Part shown: one piece after another, positions 17,801 to 27,679 of the stretch
Numbering within the stretch: position 1 is the first letter of the stretch
How the letters are laid out: every line of letters starts with the position of its first letter
Notes under the pieces: generated by a model
The model's input: the letters and a program-made list of their open reading frames with translations, nothing else
Database searches by the model: none
Told to the model about the DNA's origin: nothing
Translations under genes and position numbers: made by a program
Source: a virus
Virus record (IMG/VR): IMGVR_UViG_3300023184_000090
Location: 10,996 to 74,995 of that record
Reading direction: 5' to 3' (one strand)
DNA length: 64,000 bases

Positions 17801-20088
17801 AACGACAGCAGATCGGTGAGTGGGAACCTGATGATCAGCCCGGCGATCGTGCCTTGGCCTTGCAACGATCAACTTTGGCTGACGTAATTCAGCAAGGCGA
17901 CGTTAATAATTTACGAGCAATGGCATTTGCAATGAGAGGCGACAACCCTAATGAGTTTTGGTCTTACTTGCCTCGTGTCGAGCGCGATGCTGCAGTAGAA
18001 GCAATTAACGAACGAATACAAGCAGTCGAAGCTCTTGCAGCAGACTTCGGCATAAGAGCGGTTACAGAAGACTTGTACGAGACTGAACGTCAGCCAGGTG
18101 GTGATGTTAATTTGCCTGGCTTAGAAGACACTTTAACTGCTTTGCGTAATGGCACTATAGATCATCCGGCATTTCAAGAGCTTCCGGTGGCATTGCGTCG
18201 AGTGGCAATGAACCAAGTTGCTGAGATGCTGGATGAGAGAATACTTCCTCTTCGAGAGCCTGTAGTCGATGTAGACGAAGAAGCAGCTTTGGCGGCATTC
18301 GACAATGCCGACCAAGTATATGACGATGCCGACTTTAGACCAGCCGACTTAGCGCAAGAGATCTTTGACGATGCCGACGGAGATCGCGGGGAGTTGGAAG
18401 GGCGGATTGAACAGCTAAGAGAAGGGGCTGGAGATTATGCAGCAATTAATCGCCTTCCTGACGAATACCGAGAGCTTGCAATGGACAGAGTCGCTGCTCA
18501 GCTTAGCCGGCTGTTAATAGACGACGAAGCTCGTCTAATGGGTCAAGCAGATGAAATTGCAGATTCAATTGTTAATATTTTCCAAGGGCAAGTTGACGAA
18601 GGCGATCACCTTACAACACGCGACGTCAATAATTTGCTTGATGAATTCATACAAGATGAACAAGGGTTTCTGGATTCGATAGGCATTGACATTGACGAAT
18701 ACAGAGCGCTGTTTAACACGGATTTCGGCACGGATGAAGTAGCTCGACGAGTTCGTCGATGGGCAAATGACAACTTGCCTCAACCAAATAGACGAGGCCC
18801 ATTCCAGCCGGGTGGCGCATCCGCTGTTCGTGGCATGCCGCTAGGCAATTTAAATATCACCCCTTCAATCACTGCTCAATCACTTAAAGGTCCTGACACA
18901 CAGCCCGTAAGCAACTTCTTGCAGCAGGTAAAGAGTCTGACTGGCACCACCAAAGAAGGATTGGCGACAGGTTTAATGGCATTTGAGAACATGGAGCCTA
19001 GTCGACGAATGACCAAAGCCGAGTTTGTTCGTGAGTTGCTACCTTCAAGCTACGACATTGTAAGTTTGCAAGGTTCTGCTGACGACAACGCACACTATCG
19101 AGACATGGCAGAAGAGCATGTAGCAGATGAACCTGAATCTGTGCTGGATCAAATGGATATATCTGATCAATACCACGATGAAATACTAGATGTCGTTGTA
19201 TATGATACTCTAGCATTTGAAGATTTGTCTTCAGGCGCAAAGAAAGCGCTCAAGAAGAAAAACATCACCGACTATGATTCGTTATACGTCGCGCATGCTG
19301 AAGCGTTTAAAGCCGTAGTAGAAGCAGGCATGGAATATCTTGCTGATATGGATGGCACACAAGTTGCAGATGAAAAAGGTTTTACATATGCAAGGACTCA
19401 ACGTTTGGCGCTAGATAGTATGGGAGACGAGTACAGTGAGTTTGGCGTTACTCACCCAGATCAACAAGGCACTTATCATCACTTTACTAAAGCGCCTGAG
19501 GGCCTGATCGGCCATGTCAGGGGCACATACAATCCTGATGGGCTTGAAGTAAAGACTACAGATGCTGATATATTCACAACAAAGCCCAATAGCTATGTTA
19601 TTGAAGAAATTCAGTCAGATGCACAAAAGAATTCTCAGCAAGTTGCTCATTTGCATCAGGTTCACGGGGTGTTATTTAAAGCTGCAATTCAAAAAGCGTT
19701 AGAGTCTGGCGCAGACGTAGTCTATTTGCCGACAGCTAAAATCATTGCAGCTGAAAGACCTGATGTGCAAGGTTGGGAAGCTAGACCAGATGACCGAGGC
19801 TTAACTATGCAAGTGCCAATACGTAAAGACACAACAAGCAAGTTTAAGCCAATTTATGACCAAGCAATCGTTAAAGAAGGCTTAAAGCCTTTGCTTAAAA
19901 TACCAGGCGTCACATCTAAGCTTGTAAGCGACGGTGACTACCACGAGATCAGCTTCACACCAGAAGCGAAAGAGCACATCCTTAATGGACCAGGGCAAAC
20001 GATCCCCGGGTATGCAAAAGGTGGTACAGTCCAAAGACCAGCTACATTGGACGATATGAAGTTTGCACTTATGATGCGGAGAGCATAA
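14890..20088 (+). CDS. 1732-aa multidomain (polyvalent-type) virion-associated protein
   Basis: PcfJ-like segment (VCDFCLGEGG...VYGHNN), acidic helical middle, C-terminal IEEIQSD domain, terminal YAKGG motif. Confidence 0.7.
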   Translation: MTAVYSPEGVFLYDDGESDTDQSQFELNKRAETKQSPLASVTETFKNIATQFNPLLVGKAGQDAAKTLLISPLAAPASIVSSGLQHLNAMPGVALRRAQGDEEGAKRIEQSLPSPDDVNISYQKALAPQTQAGESFNEGLSKVMEASKLPHVWPMGPKGMMSNMVGLEERRPLMSPNDVRVLGAQGVNTAREISAIPTDFANWRDAHIVRESPVRGEGSTTFGGQLGQAAESLGDTMARREMQGLTPIPGLPAALQPDTKMYAVRPEGSRLNTFFPTVPPEAGNYQPRVNPVADIIATAAYIPTVDPVLDPTQVFDTARRQLEGPAVDSWQEFEAKKAEELYPDLDPRDRLNAVKVANYGDGTGNDYAKLEAQWFDEWRNSPEGIAAGAQRLNSTEDVSNMHKSAIKWLDTVFTNFIDKQWGTANNEVVKLAEKGLTVTPAEELINGSTTRPTNATQTERIAMGLDPQGSYAKTLRAASQKVEDLNRQLTELEQEKTRAGLAAQARGIRPAEDEAFVAASREVDRVSAAHDKAMTAWQNQQLAYKLETMADNSVVKRLASGAREDLVQHERQFYPTLEKTPGDESVYLLMSTQPALSTIASEFYQDVMSGKIKRDKMPNSVGQFVKKNAQARIMLENQAKTAEKERKEQFVAALMTRMEAIPESNKVGSIGVSVITKDLGLQNVKHEFSIATAVCDFCLGEGGSAKDGTRNLFSGKKQNYEPQVNPITGEPNPLARSPRMTYINDVMKDGGVMWIINEANTGLPEGAIHLKNLGNGTYNIAGVYGHNNGPIAPTHSSSIAAFMNKNADQINQVSETLRNHAHVRDMLNKSDRQAMKADYRLTEDEARIMSEEGTRFVSISDAKKVIEDFRQASGVYQRPEATAPALQAPPAPAPREVFQLQPFFDSVRRDVSAQVGDRVETIAYRISEFFNPNRDPEGYANALREAAQREPVGLVEISLNELAEEIDMHFQRQQIGEWEPDDQPGDRALALQRSTLADVIQQGDVNNLRAMAFAMRGDNPNEFWSYLPRVERDAAVEAINERIQAVEALAADFGIRAVTEDLYETERQPGGDVNLPGLEDTLTALRNGTIDHPAFQELPVALRRVAMNQVAEMLDERILPLREPVVDVDEEAALAAFDNADQVYDDADFRPADLAQEIFDDADGDRGELEGRIEQLREGAGDYAAINRLPDEYRELAMDRVAAQLSRLLIDDEARLMGQADEIADSIVNIFQGQVDEGDHLTTRDVNNLLDEFIQDEQGFLDSIGIDIDEYRALFNTDFGTDEVARRVRRWANDNLPQPNRRGPFQPGGASAVRGMPLGNLNITPSITAQSLKGPDTQPVSNFLQQVKSLTGTTKEGLATGLMAFENMEPSRRMTKAEFVRELLPSSYDIVSLQGSADDNAHYRDMAEEHVADEPESVLDQMDISDQYHDEILDVVVYDTLAFEDLSSGAKKALKKKNITDYDSLYVAHAEAFKAVVEAGMEYLADMDGTQVADEKGFTYARTQRLALDSMGDEYSEFGVTHPDQQGTYHHFTKAPEGLIGHVRGTYNPDGLEVKTTDADIFTTKPNSYVIEEIQSDAQKNSQQVAHLHQVHGVLFKAAIQKALESGADVVYLPTAKIIAAERPDVQGWEARPDDRGLTMQVPIRKDTTSKFKPIYDQAIVKEGLKPLLKIPGVTSKLVSDGDYHEISFTPEAKEHILNGPGQTIPGYAKGGTVQRPATLDDMKFALMMRRA

Positions 20089-20089
20089 C

Positions 20090-22615
20090 ATGGCTACAGA
20101 AATGCCGATCCCACAAGACTACAACCGCTTTGTAGGTCCAGTTTCAGAGGAAGAGGAAGACGATGACGTTTCCGTCTTTGACATGTTCGACAAAGCCGAA
20201 GATGATGTTGAAGAACTGGAAGATGGGTCGGCAATCTTTAAGCTAGGCGATAAAACCCTAGGCCCAGATGAAGATGCTGATTTCTACGCCAACATGGCAG
20301 AAACATATGACACCGTTGAGCTCGGTCGTCTTGCAATCCGATACTTGGACCTCATCGACAAAGACAAAGAGGCACGCGAGGAGCGTGACAAGCAGTACGA
20401 AGAAGGACTACGAAGGACGGGGCTAGGAAACGATGCACCCGGTGGTGCAACATTTAATGGCGCATCGAAAGTGGTCCATCCGATCATGGCAGAGGCCTGC
20501 GTTGACTTCTCTGCAAGGGCGATCAAGGAACTATTTCCACCTGACGGCCCAGTTCGCACAAAGATCATAGGCGAAGTGACCGAAGAAAAGACTGCACGTG
20601 CAGAGCGTAAGCGCGACTACATGAATTGGCAGTTGACCGAGCAGATTGAGGAATATCGGGACGAGCTTGAACAGCTGCTAACTCAACAGCCTCTTGGTGG
20701 CTCACAGTACCTCAAGATGTGGTACGACGAGAACAAACGACGACCCTGTGCTGAATTTATACCTATAGATAACATTTATCTACCTTACGCATCGGCTAAC
20801 TTCTATACTGCAAGCCGCGTTACCGAAGTCAATGACATTACGCAAGACGAGTTTGAGGTGCGGATCGATAGTGGGTTGTACATTGATGTAGACTTCTATA
20901 CGTCAAGCCAAGAGCCTGAAGAATCAAAGGCTAAGAAGGCAAATGACCGGATCGAGGGTAAGAAAAGCCAGTCGATGAACGTTGACGGTGTGCGTCGTGT
21001 GTTCCACATCTACACGTGGTTGGAGATGGATGACGACAGCAAGTCGCAAGGCGTGCGTGCCCCTTACATCCTCATGATCGATGAGCTGACACGTGAAGTG
21101 GTTGGTTTGTATCGCAACTGGGAAGAAGGCGATGAGGACTACATCAAACTTGACTGGTTAGTTGAGTTTAAGTTCATTCCTTGGCGCGGCGCTTATGCAA
21201 TTGGCTTGCCACACTTGATTGGCGGACTTAGTGCTGCATTGACCGGTTCATTGAGGGCGCTGCTTGATAGTGCGCACATCAACAATGCGCCTACGATGCT
21301 GAAGCTGAAAGGCGCTAAGATCTCCGGCCAATCGCTTACAATTGAGCCTACACAAGTTGCTGAAATTGAAGGTGCACCAGGCGTTGATGACATTCGCAAA
21401 GTTGCAATGCCGATGCCATTTAACCCACCTTCGCAAGTGTTGTTTGAATTGCTCGGCTGGTTGTCAAATGCGGCAAAAGGTGTAGTTACTACATCGGAAG
21501 AGAAGATTGCAGACATCGGGTCCAATGCACCTGTTGGAACTACGCAAGCATTGATTGAGCAAGGCGCTGCGGTGTTCAGTGCAATTCATGCGCGTATTCA
21601 CAACAGTCAAGCACGTGTTTTGAAGATTCTCGGTCGTCTAAACCGCTGGTACTTGGATGAGCAACGAAAAGGCGAGGTCGTTGAAGATCTTAAGATCACC
21701 AAAGAAGACTTTGATCGCAATTCGGACATCATTCCAGTTTCGGACCCGCACATCTTTGCTGAAACGCAGCGATATGCACAAATCCAAACGCTTGCAGCAC
21801 GTGCACAGGCAAACCCTGATTTGTACAACCGCTTAGCTGTTGAGAAGCGTATTCTTAAGCAAATCAAGTTGCCTGACGTCAATGAGGTCTTACCGGACCC
21901 GCAAGATGTGAAGGAGATGAACCCTGCTCTGGAGAACGTTGCAATGACGTTAGGCAAACCAGTTGGTGCATTCCCGCCACAAGATCACTTGGCTCACTTA
22001 CAAATTCACCTGGATTATTTACGTGATCCTGTATATGGCAGTAACCCGATTATTGCGCCTACATTCGTTCCTCATTGTTTAGAACACGTGAAGCAGCATT
22101 TGACGCTATGGTACCTAAACCAAGTTGACGGGTACGCATCTGTTGCGCTAGATAGGCCGTTCAACGTGCTTAAAGAACAGAAGTTGCCACATGAGGCTGA
22201 CAAGTTGCTCGGTGCGGTTGTGCAACATGTGCACCAAGACATTCAGGAAACTTTAAGCGGTGTTACACCTATCATTCAACAAGCGATGGACATGCTTAAG
22301 AAACTGCAAGGTCAGCCACCGATGGATCCTGCAACACAAGCATTTGTCCAAACCAGCATGGCAGAGACGCAACGTAGGGCACAGAAAGACCAGGGCGATT
22401 TGCAACTAAACGTTGCCAAGCTTCAGCAGCAAGACAGCCAGCAGGCAATTAAAGTGCAAGCTGACATGATACAAAACACTGAGAATAATCTCACGCAGGA
22501 AAGAATCAAGTCGGCAGAGCTTACGCGTGATGCAGCCAGCTTGCAACATGAGCAGTTACAAACTGCTATTAACGCGCAAAATGAACTTCAACAAACTTTA
22601 GGAGGTCCACAATGA
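20090..22615 (+). CDS. portal protein
   Basis: 841 aa after terL; SKVVHP..AEACVDF.ARA..ELFP..GPV, PWRGAYAIGL, PVGTTQALIEQG, IIPVSDP are typical of this podo-like portal family. Confidence 0.85.
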   Translation: MATEMPIPQDYNRFVGPVSEEEEDDDVSVFDMFDKAEDDVEELEDGSAIFKLGDKTLGPDEDADFYANMAETYDTVELGRLAIRYLDLIDKDKEAREERDKQYEEGLRRTGLGNDAPGGATFNGASKVVHPIMAEACVDFSARAIKELFPPDGPVRTKIIGEVTEEKTARAERKRDYMNWQLTEQIEEYRDELEQLLTQQPLGGSQYLKMWYDENKRRPCAEFIPIDNIYLPYASANFYTASRVTEVNDITQDEFEVRIDSGLYIDVDFYTSSQEPEESKAKKANDRIEGKKSQSMNVDGVRRVFHIYTWLEMDDDSKSQGVRAPYILMIDELTREVVGLYRNWEEGDEDYIKLDWLVEFKFIPWRGAYAIGLPHLIGGLSAALTGSLRALLDSAHINNAPTMLKLKGAKISGQSLTIEPTQVAEIEGAPGVDDIRKVAMPMPFNPPSQVLFELLGWLSNAAKGVVTTSEEKIADIGSNAPVGTTQALIEQGAAVFSAIHARIHNSQARVLKILGRLNRWYLDEQRKGEVVEDLKITKEDFDRNSDIIPVSDPHIFAETQRYAQIQTLAARAQANPDLYNRLAVEKRILKQIKLPDVNEVLPDPQDVKEMNPALENVAMTLGKPVGAFPPQDHLAHLQIHLDYLRDPVYGSNPIIAPTFVPHCLEHVKQHLTLWYLNQVDGYASVALDRPFNVLKEQKLPHEADKLLGAVVQHVHQDIQETLSGVTPIIQQAMDMLKKLQGQPPMDPATQAFVQTSMAETQRRAQKDQGDLQLNVAKLQQQDSQQAIKVQADMIQNTENNLTQERIKSAELTRDAASLQHEQLQTAINAQNELQQTLGGPQ

Positions 22616-22893
22616 CTGAAGCAATTCCCGCCCACAAAAAGATGGCCATGGGCATCACAGACGGTAATGTGATGAAAAAAGGCGGCAAAGTTCGTAGATA
22701 CGCCAACGGCGGTAGCGTTATGCCTGAAAAGGGTGTTGATAAGCTCATCAACAAGAACGGACCCATTAAGCCTATGAAAGCGACAGGCGAGAAACTTGCA
22801 ACCTTGAAAAAAGGTGGTCCTGCCAAAAAAGGCATGGGTCTCACTATCATGGTTGGCGTCCCCATGAAGCGTTCGGCAGGTCGAGGCAAGTAA
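22612..22893 (+). CDS. small basic protein with KxGG repeats
   Basis: MKKGG, YANGG, LKKGG; RBS AGGAGG. Confidence 0.7.
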   Translation: MTEAIPAHKKMAMGITDGNVMKKGGKVRRYANGGSVMPEKGVDKLINKNGPIKPMKATGEKLATLKKGGPAKKGMGLTIMVGVPMKRSAGRGK

Positions 22894-23082
22894 TTGACTT
22901 CGATCTCCGACTTCATTGGTCGTATTAAGGCGCAGCAAGCCAAGATTGGTGATTCCCTTGTACAAGGGTTCGTCACTAACTTTGAGACTTACCAGCGGTT
23001 AGTCGGCCAGCACCAGGGCTTGGAAGAAGCCTTGAATATCATCAACCAACTCTTAGAAGAGGACAAAAAAGATGTCGAATGA
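22894..23082 (+). CDS. small hypothetical head-module protein
   Basis: FETYQRLVGQHQGLEEA; TTG start abutting the upstream stop. Confidence 0.65.
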   Translation: MTSISDFIGRIKAQQAKIGDSLVQGFVTNFETYQRLVGQHQGLEEALNIINQLLEEDKKDVE

Positions 23083-23494
23083 CATTATTGAACAAACGCT
23101 TGAAGAGGCGTTTCCTATCGTTGAACCTTTGATGGCACCGTATGGTGCTCGAGTCCTCGTGCAATTGAGGGCTGTGAAAGAAAAGGTCACGAACTCCGGT
23201 ATCGTATTGGTCGAAGAGACCAAAGAGACGGAAAAGTGGAATACTATGATCGGAAAGGTCATCGCGATCGGTCCGCTAGCATTCCGCAAGCGAGAAAGCA
23301 TGGAACCATGGCCAGAAGGTGCTTGGGCACAGGTCGGCGACTTCGTTCGTGTCCCGAAATGGGGCGGCGACCGTTGGGAGGTTGATTTTGATCAAGATGG
23401 AAGCAAAGGGAAGGCCCTTTTCACCTTTTTCAATGATCACGAGCTGATTGGCAAGGTAACGGGTGATCCGCTTGCAATTAAGGCATTTATTTAA
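23072..23494 (+). CDS. groES: GroES-like co-chaperonin
   Basis: PYGARVLVQ, SGIVL mobile loop, GKVIAIGP, QVGDFV. Confidence 0.85.
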   Translation: MSNDIIEQTLEEAFPIVEPLMAPYGARVLVQLRAVKEKVTNSGIVLVEETKETEKWNTMIGKVIAIGPLAFRKRESMEPWPEGAWAQVGDFVRVPKWGGDRWEVDFDQDGSKGKALFTFFNDHELIGKVTGDPLAIKAFI

Positions 23495-23515
23495 GGTTTT
23501 CGAAAGGAGAACTGT

Positions 23516-24493
23516 ATGACGCCAACAGATAAGTTAGAAATGCAGGTCGCTGAGGAATCAGATGGCTCTGCAGTGGTAAAACTACCCCCGAGTGAGGTAT
23601 CTGAACCTATAGAACCACAAGAAAAGGTTCAAAACGAGGCCTCAGATGACCTAGATGATGATGACAGAAGTGGTTCTGATGATGACGATCCTGAACGAGA
23701 AGCCATACGGGCGGCTCGCAGAGAGGAAAGAAAGCTTAAAAAGCAATTGCATCGTGAGAAAGCACGCGAGTCGAACCATCTGATCACGGCTCTTCGTAAG
23801 CAGAACTCGGAACTTGCCGGTCGAGTGGCGGCTTTGGAAACAAAGACCACCGGTGCTGAGCTGGCAAGGATCGACAAAGCCATCGACGATGCAGGTACTC
23901 GAGTCGAGTATGCAAAGATGAAGATGCAAGAGGCTGTTAACTCACGTCAAGGCGACGAGTTGACAAAGGCTCAACAGCTCTGGTATGACAACCAGCGGCA
24001 GCTTGAGTCACTACAGGCGCTGAAGGCAAATGCCAATAAGGTCATGTCTCAGCCGAAACAGAACAACATCAAGGTTCCGGATCCTAGCGTTCAGGCAAAT
24101 GCATCTGAATGGATGAAACGGAACAACTGGTATGACCCACATCTTAAAGATGCGGATTCAAAAGTTGCGCAATCTATTGACCAGGTTCTGACCGAAGAAG
24201 GTTATGACCCCACATCCTCTGATTATTGGGAAGAACTGGACGACAGGTTGCAAAAATATTTGCCACACAGATATAAAGCGGGGTATAGTACCGATACACG
24301 TAACTCTAGACCAAGGTCTGTTGTGGGAAGTTCAGGGCGCGAATCGGTGAGTACACCACGTCAAGGTGAGTTTAGACTCACTCCTGACCGCGTTAACGCT
24401 ATTAAAGAAGCTGGCATGTGGGATGACGTAAAGCTTCGCAACAAGATGGCTCAGCGATTTGCTGAATATGATAAACAACAGAAACGAGGCTAA
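23516..24493 (+). CDS. putative capsid scaffolding protein
   Basis: acidic N-terminus and long coiled coil, upstream of the MCP. Confidence 0.6.
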   Translation: MTPTDKLEMQVAEESDGSAVVKLPPSEVSEPIEPQEKVQNEASDDLDDDDRSGSDDDDPEREAIRAARREERKLKKQLHREKARESNHLITALRKQNSELAGRVAALETKTTGAELARIDKAIDDAGTRVEYAKMKMQEAVNSRQGDELTKAQQLWYDNQRQLESLQALKANANKVMSQPKQNNIKVPDPSVQANASEWMKRNNWYDPHLKDADSKVAQSIDQVLTEEGYDPTSSDYWEELDDRLQKYLPHRYKAGYSTDTRNSRPRSVVGSSGRESVSTPRQGEFRLTPDRVNAIKEAGMWDDVKLRNKMAQRFAEYDKQQKRG

Positions 24494-24494
24494 C

Positions 24495-25037
24495 ATGGAC
24501 GACCGAATTAAAAAGAACACACGCGTAGACAGAAGCAATCGTTCGCAAGACGATTCTTCACGCGCAGCGCCTGAAGATGCAAACTTTGTATCTTCCGAGG
24601 AACGTCGTAGGATGTTCCGCTCGGAGTGGCTTCAAGAAGCTCTTCCGACCCCGCCCGAAATTTCCGGGTATCACTTATGCTGGTTATCAACGACAAATCA
24701 GTATGACCCTATTCACAAGCGTATGCGAATGGGCTATGAGCCCGTGAAAGCCGATGAATTACCAGGCTTTGAGCATTTGAAAGTGAAAGCAGGAGAGCAT
24801 GTTGGTTTCGTAGCTTGCAATGAGATGGTGTTGTATAAGTTGCCTAACGCAATTTATCAAGACTTGATGATGGAACTTCACTATCATGCGCCTCAAGAGG
24901 AGCAAGAGAAGATCAAGATTCAGCAAGAACAACTGCTAAGCCAACGTGACAGCAATGGGAAACCGTTGGTTACGATCGAAGGTGACGGCATGTACTTTGA
25001 TGCCCAAAAACAACGTCCTGTCCCTGTCTTCGAATGA
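24495..25037 (+). CDS. conserved head-module protein
   Basis: LPTPP..SGYHLCWLS...RMRMGYEPV; position in head cluster. Confidence 0.7.
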   Translation: MDDRIKKNTRVDRSNRSQDDSSRAAPEDANFVSSEERRRMFRSEWLQEALPTPPEISGYHLCWLSTTNQYDPIHKRMRMGYEPVKADELPGFEHLKVKAGEHVGFVACNEMVLYKLPNAIYQDLMMELHYHAPQEEQEKIKIQQEQLLSQRDSNGKPLVTIEGDGMYFDAQKQRPVPVFE

Positions 25038-25074
25038 TGACAAGCAGGCTTTTATTAATTGAAAGGATACTCTA

Positions 25075-25689
25075 ATGAGTGCAACTTCAGCATCGTTTGG
25101 TTTGCGCCCTGCATTCCATCCTTCGGGATTGGATCGTGCACAGGCGCTCGCCGGCGGTATTGTTAGCGGCTTGGCTGCTGACTTACTGAAAGGCTCCCCT
25201 ATCCGATATAACAGCACTGCAGGTACTTCTGTAGCCGCTGGTACTATCGCACAAGCCGCCGCTTCTGGCGCTTGGACGGGTGCTTTCGCCGGCTGTGAAT
25301 GGACTGACACCACTGGTCGTCGTCGTGTTAGCAACTACTGGCCTTCTGGTACTACCTACCAGACCGGTTCGTGTGTTGCGTATTTCTATAACGATCCCAA
25401 TATCGTTTACGAAATTCAAACCGATGCAACCATGGCTCAGACCGCGCTGGGTGGTGAATACAACTTTAGCGCTAACACCGGCTTTACTGTTACTTCGGGT
25501 TCTAACACCACTGGCTTGTCTGCGACGGCTCTTGGCGTTTCAACCGCCGTTGCTAACGGTTCACAAGGCGCAATGCGCGTGGTTGATCTTGCCGCTTATC
25601 CCGGCAATGCGTGGGGCGATCCTTATGTGATCGTTCGTGTTGTTAACGCTCAGTCTCAGTACTTCGGTTCTGTGACCGCCATTGTTTAA
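25075..25689 (+). CDS. putative capsid decoration protein
   Basis: FGLRP...GAFAGCEW...DPNIVYEIQ; immediately before the MCP; highly expressed-type codon usage. Confidence 0.65.
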   Translation: MSATSASFGLRPAFHPSGLDRAQALAGGIVSGLAADLLKGSPIRYNSTAGTSVAAGTIAQAAASGAWTGAFAGCEWTDTTGRRRVSNYWPSGTTYQTGSCVAYFYNDPNIVYEIQTDATMAQTALGGEYNFSANTGFTVTSGSNTTGLSATALGVSTAVANGSQGAMRVVDLAAYPGNAWGDPYVIVRVVNAQSQYFGSVTAIV

Positions 25690-25702
25690 GGGGGACTAAA
25701 AA

Positions 25703-26617
25703 ATGGCCGCACCAATGCGCAGTACAGACTTTAGAAGTATCGTTGAGCCTATTCTCAATGAATGCTTCGATGGAGTCTATGACCAACGTGCCGATGAGTG
25801 GTCCACGGTTTTCCGTGAACAACAAGGCATTCCACGTAACTACCATGAAGAGCCCGTCCTGTACGGATTCGGCGCTGCACCTCAGTTGCCTGACGGCCAA
25901 CCCGTCACGTATCAACAGGGTGGCGTTCTCTTCCTGAAGCGCTATGTGTACAACGTGTATGGCTTGGCCTTCGCGTTGACCAAAGTGCTTGTGGAAGACG
26001 GTGATCACATCCGTATCGGTCAAGTGTATGCAAAACACCTGGCACAGTCTTTGGTGGAAACCAAAGAAACCCTGTGCGCTAACGTGTTGAACACTGCATT
26101 CACTTCAACCGCTATCGGTGGTGACGGCGTGTCCTTGAGCAACTCGGCTCACCCAATTGTTAGCGGTACCTTCAGCAACTTGCTGAACACCTCTGCTAAC
26201 TTGAGCCAGACCTCACTGGAACAGATGCTGATTCAGGTTCGCCAAGCCGTTGACAACAACGGTAAGAAGATCCGTCTCCAGCCTCTGAAACTGGTGGTTG
26301 CCCCTGGTAACGTGTTCCAAGCTGAAGTGTTGCTGAAGAGCGTATTGCGTACCGGTACCGCTAACAACGACATCAACCCGATCAAGTCGATTGGTTTGAT
26401 GCCCGAAGGCGCATCGGTTCTCTCTCGTTTGACCAGCGCTACTGCTTGGTGGGTCCAAACTGATGCACCTGAAGGCATGAAGCTGATGATGCGTCGTGGT
26501 TTGGAGAAGACCATGGAAGGTGACTTTGAAACCGACTCCATGCGTTACAAAGCCACCGAGCGTTACGATGTCGGTTATACCGATCCTCGTGCAATGTACG
26601 GCACGCCTGGCGTGTAA
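25703..26617 (+). CDS. major capsid protein (Mu gpT-like, HK97 fold)
   Basis: GFGAAP, GGDGVSL...HP, LVVAP, TSATAWW, DFETDSMRYKATERY...DPR..YG. Confidence 0.9.
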   Translation: MAAPMRSTDFRSIVEPILNECFDGVYDQRADEWSTVFREQQGIPRNYHEEPVLYGFGAAPQLPDGQPVTYQQGGVLFLKRYVYNVYGLAFALTKVLVEDGDHIRIGQVYAKHLAQSLVETKETLCANVLNTAFTSTAIGGDGVSLSNSAHPIVSGTFSNLLNTSANLSQTSLEQMLIQVRQAVDNNGKKIRLQPLKLVVAPGNVFQAEVLLKSVLRTGTANNDINPIKSIGLMPEGASVLSRLTSATAWWVQTDAPEGMKLMMRRGLEKTMEGDFETDSMRYKATERYDVGYTDPRAMYGTPGV

Positions 26618-26623
26618 GTAGAT

Positions 26624-26653
26624 GGGGCTGGTTTAAACACCAGCCCCTTTTTT
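26624..26653 (+). terminator. rho-independent terminator after MCP
   Basis: GGGGCTGGT-ttaaac-ACCAGCCCC followed by a T-tract. Confidence 0.9.
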
Positions 26654-26690
26654 AGTTTTTATTTGTCAAGCTTTTCAAGGAGAAGACAAA

Positions 26691-27668
26691 ATGCCTCAAT
26701 TTTCCGATGATCTTTTCTTGGGTGGTTCGCAAACCTTTATGGGTTATGCAAAGACTCAAAACGTTGCTGTTGTTACAGCATCACAAGCAACTACTGTACT
26801 GACAGTTACCGCACTGCTTAACGGTGTGCCACTTCAAGTTGGCATGATGATTGGCGGTTCTGGTGTGACGGCTGGTACGTATATCACTTCTTTCGGTACC
26901 GGCACTGGCGGCACAGGTACTTATAACGTGAACAACTCGGTTACTGTGTCTTCCACTACAATCGTAGCTGGTGTTGAAGACAACTTGCCTGATCCGTCAC
27001 TGATGCCATTGGGTGTTGGCCCCTTGGGTCGTCTTTACATATGGGATACGGTTCCGGTGGTTTTGAACGGTGCGAACATTTGTGCATCGCAAACTCCTGC
27101 AACCGCCGGCGCACTGACCTTGCTGACAACCAGCACGCTAGGAGGTCGCTACGTTCAACGTGCTGATAGCACTAACGTTGTTCAGTTGGACGTGCCTCGT
27201 GCAGTTTCGATCTTCTTGACCGCAGGCGGTACTGCTCGTACCTACACCGTGGCTGGTTTCGACATCTACGGCACTGCAATGTCGGAGAACATCCTTACTG
27301 TTGCTAATGCCACTACGTCAGGCAAGAAGGCATTCTTCCAAATTGCCTCGGTGACCGGATTGGTCGGCGGATCAACCACTGCTGTAACGGTTGGCACAAC
27401 CGATATTCTAGGTATTCCGATTCGTATCACTGACCTTGGCTACATTCAGCACATCGGGTACAACAACACTCTGGCAGACGCTGCAGGTACTCCTCTTGTT
27501 GCTGATCAAGCCACTGCAACCACCACCACTGGCGATGTTCGTGGTACGTACCTTCCGGCTTCTGCCACGGATGGCATTAAGCGTCTGGTTATGAGCATTG
27601 CGGTTCCTGCCATTGCATGCGGCCCTAATGCCACCCGTCTGGGCGCATTGGGTGTCACTCAAGCTTAA
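26691..27668 (+). CDS. virion structural protein
   Basis: Thr/Gly-rich beta protein; RBS AAGGAG. Confidence 0.65.
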   Translation: MPQFSDDLFLGGSQTFMGYAKTQNVAVVTASQATTVLTVTALLNGVPLQVGMMIGGSGVTAGTYITSFGTGTGGTGTYNVNNSVTVSSTTIVAGVEDNLPDPSLMPLGVGPLGRLYIWDTVPVVLNGANICASQTPATAGALTLLTTSTLGGRYVQRADSTNVVQLDVPRAVSIFLTAGGTARTYTVAGFDIYGTAMSENILTVANATTSGKKAFFQIASVTGLVGGSTTAVTVGTTDILGIPIRITDLGYIQHIGYNNTLADAAGTPLVADQATATTTTGDVRGTYLPASATDGIKRLVMSIAVPAIACGPNATRLGALGVTQA

Positions 27669-27679
27669 GGAGACACAAC

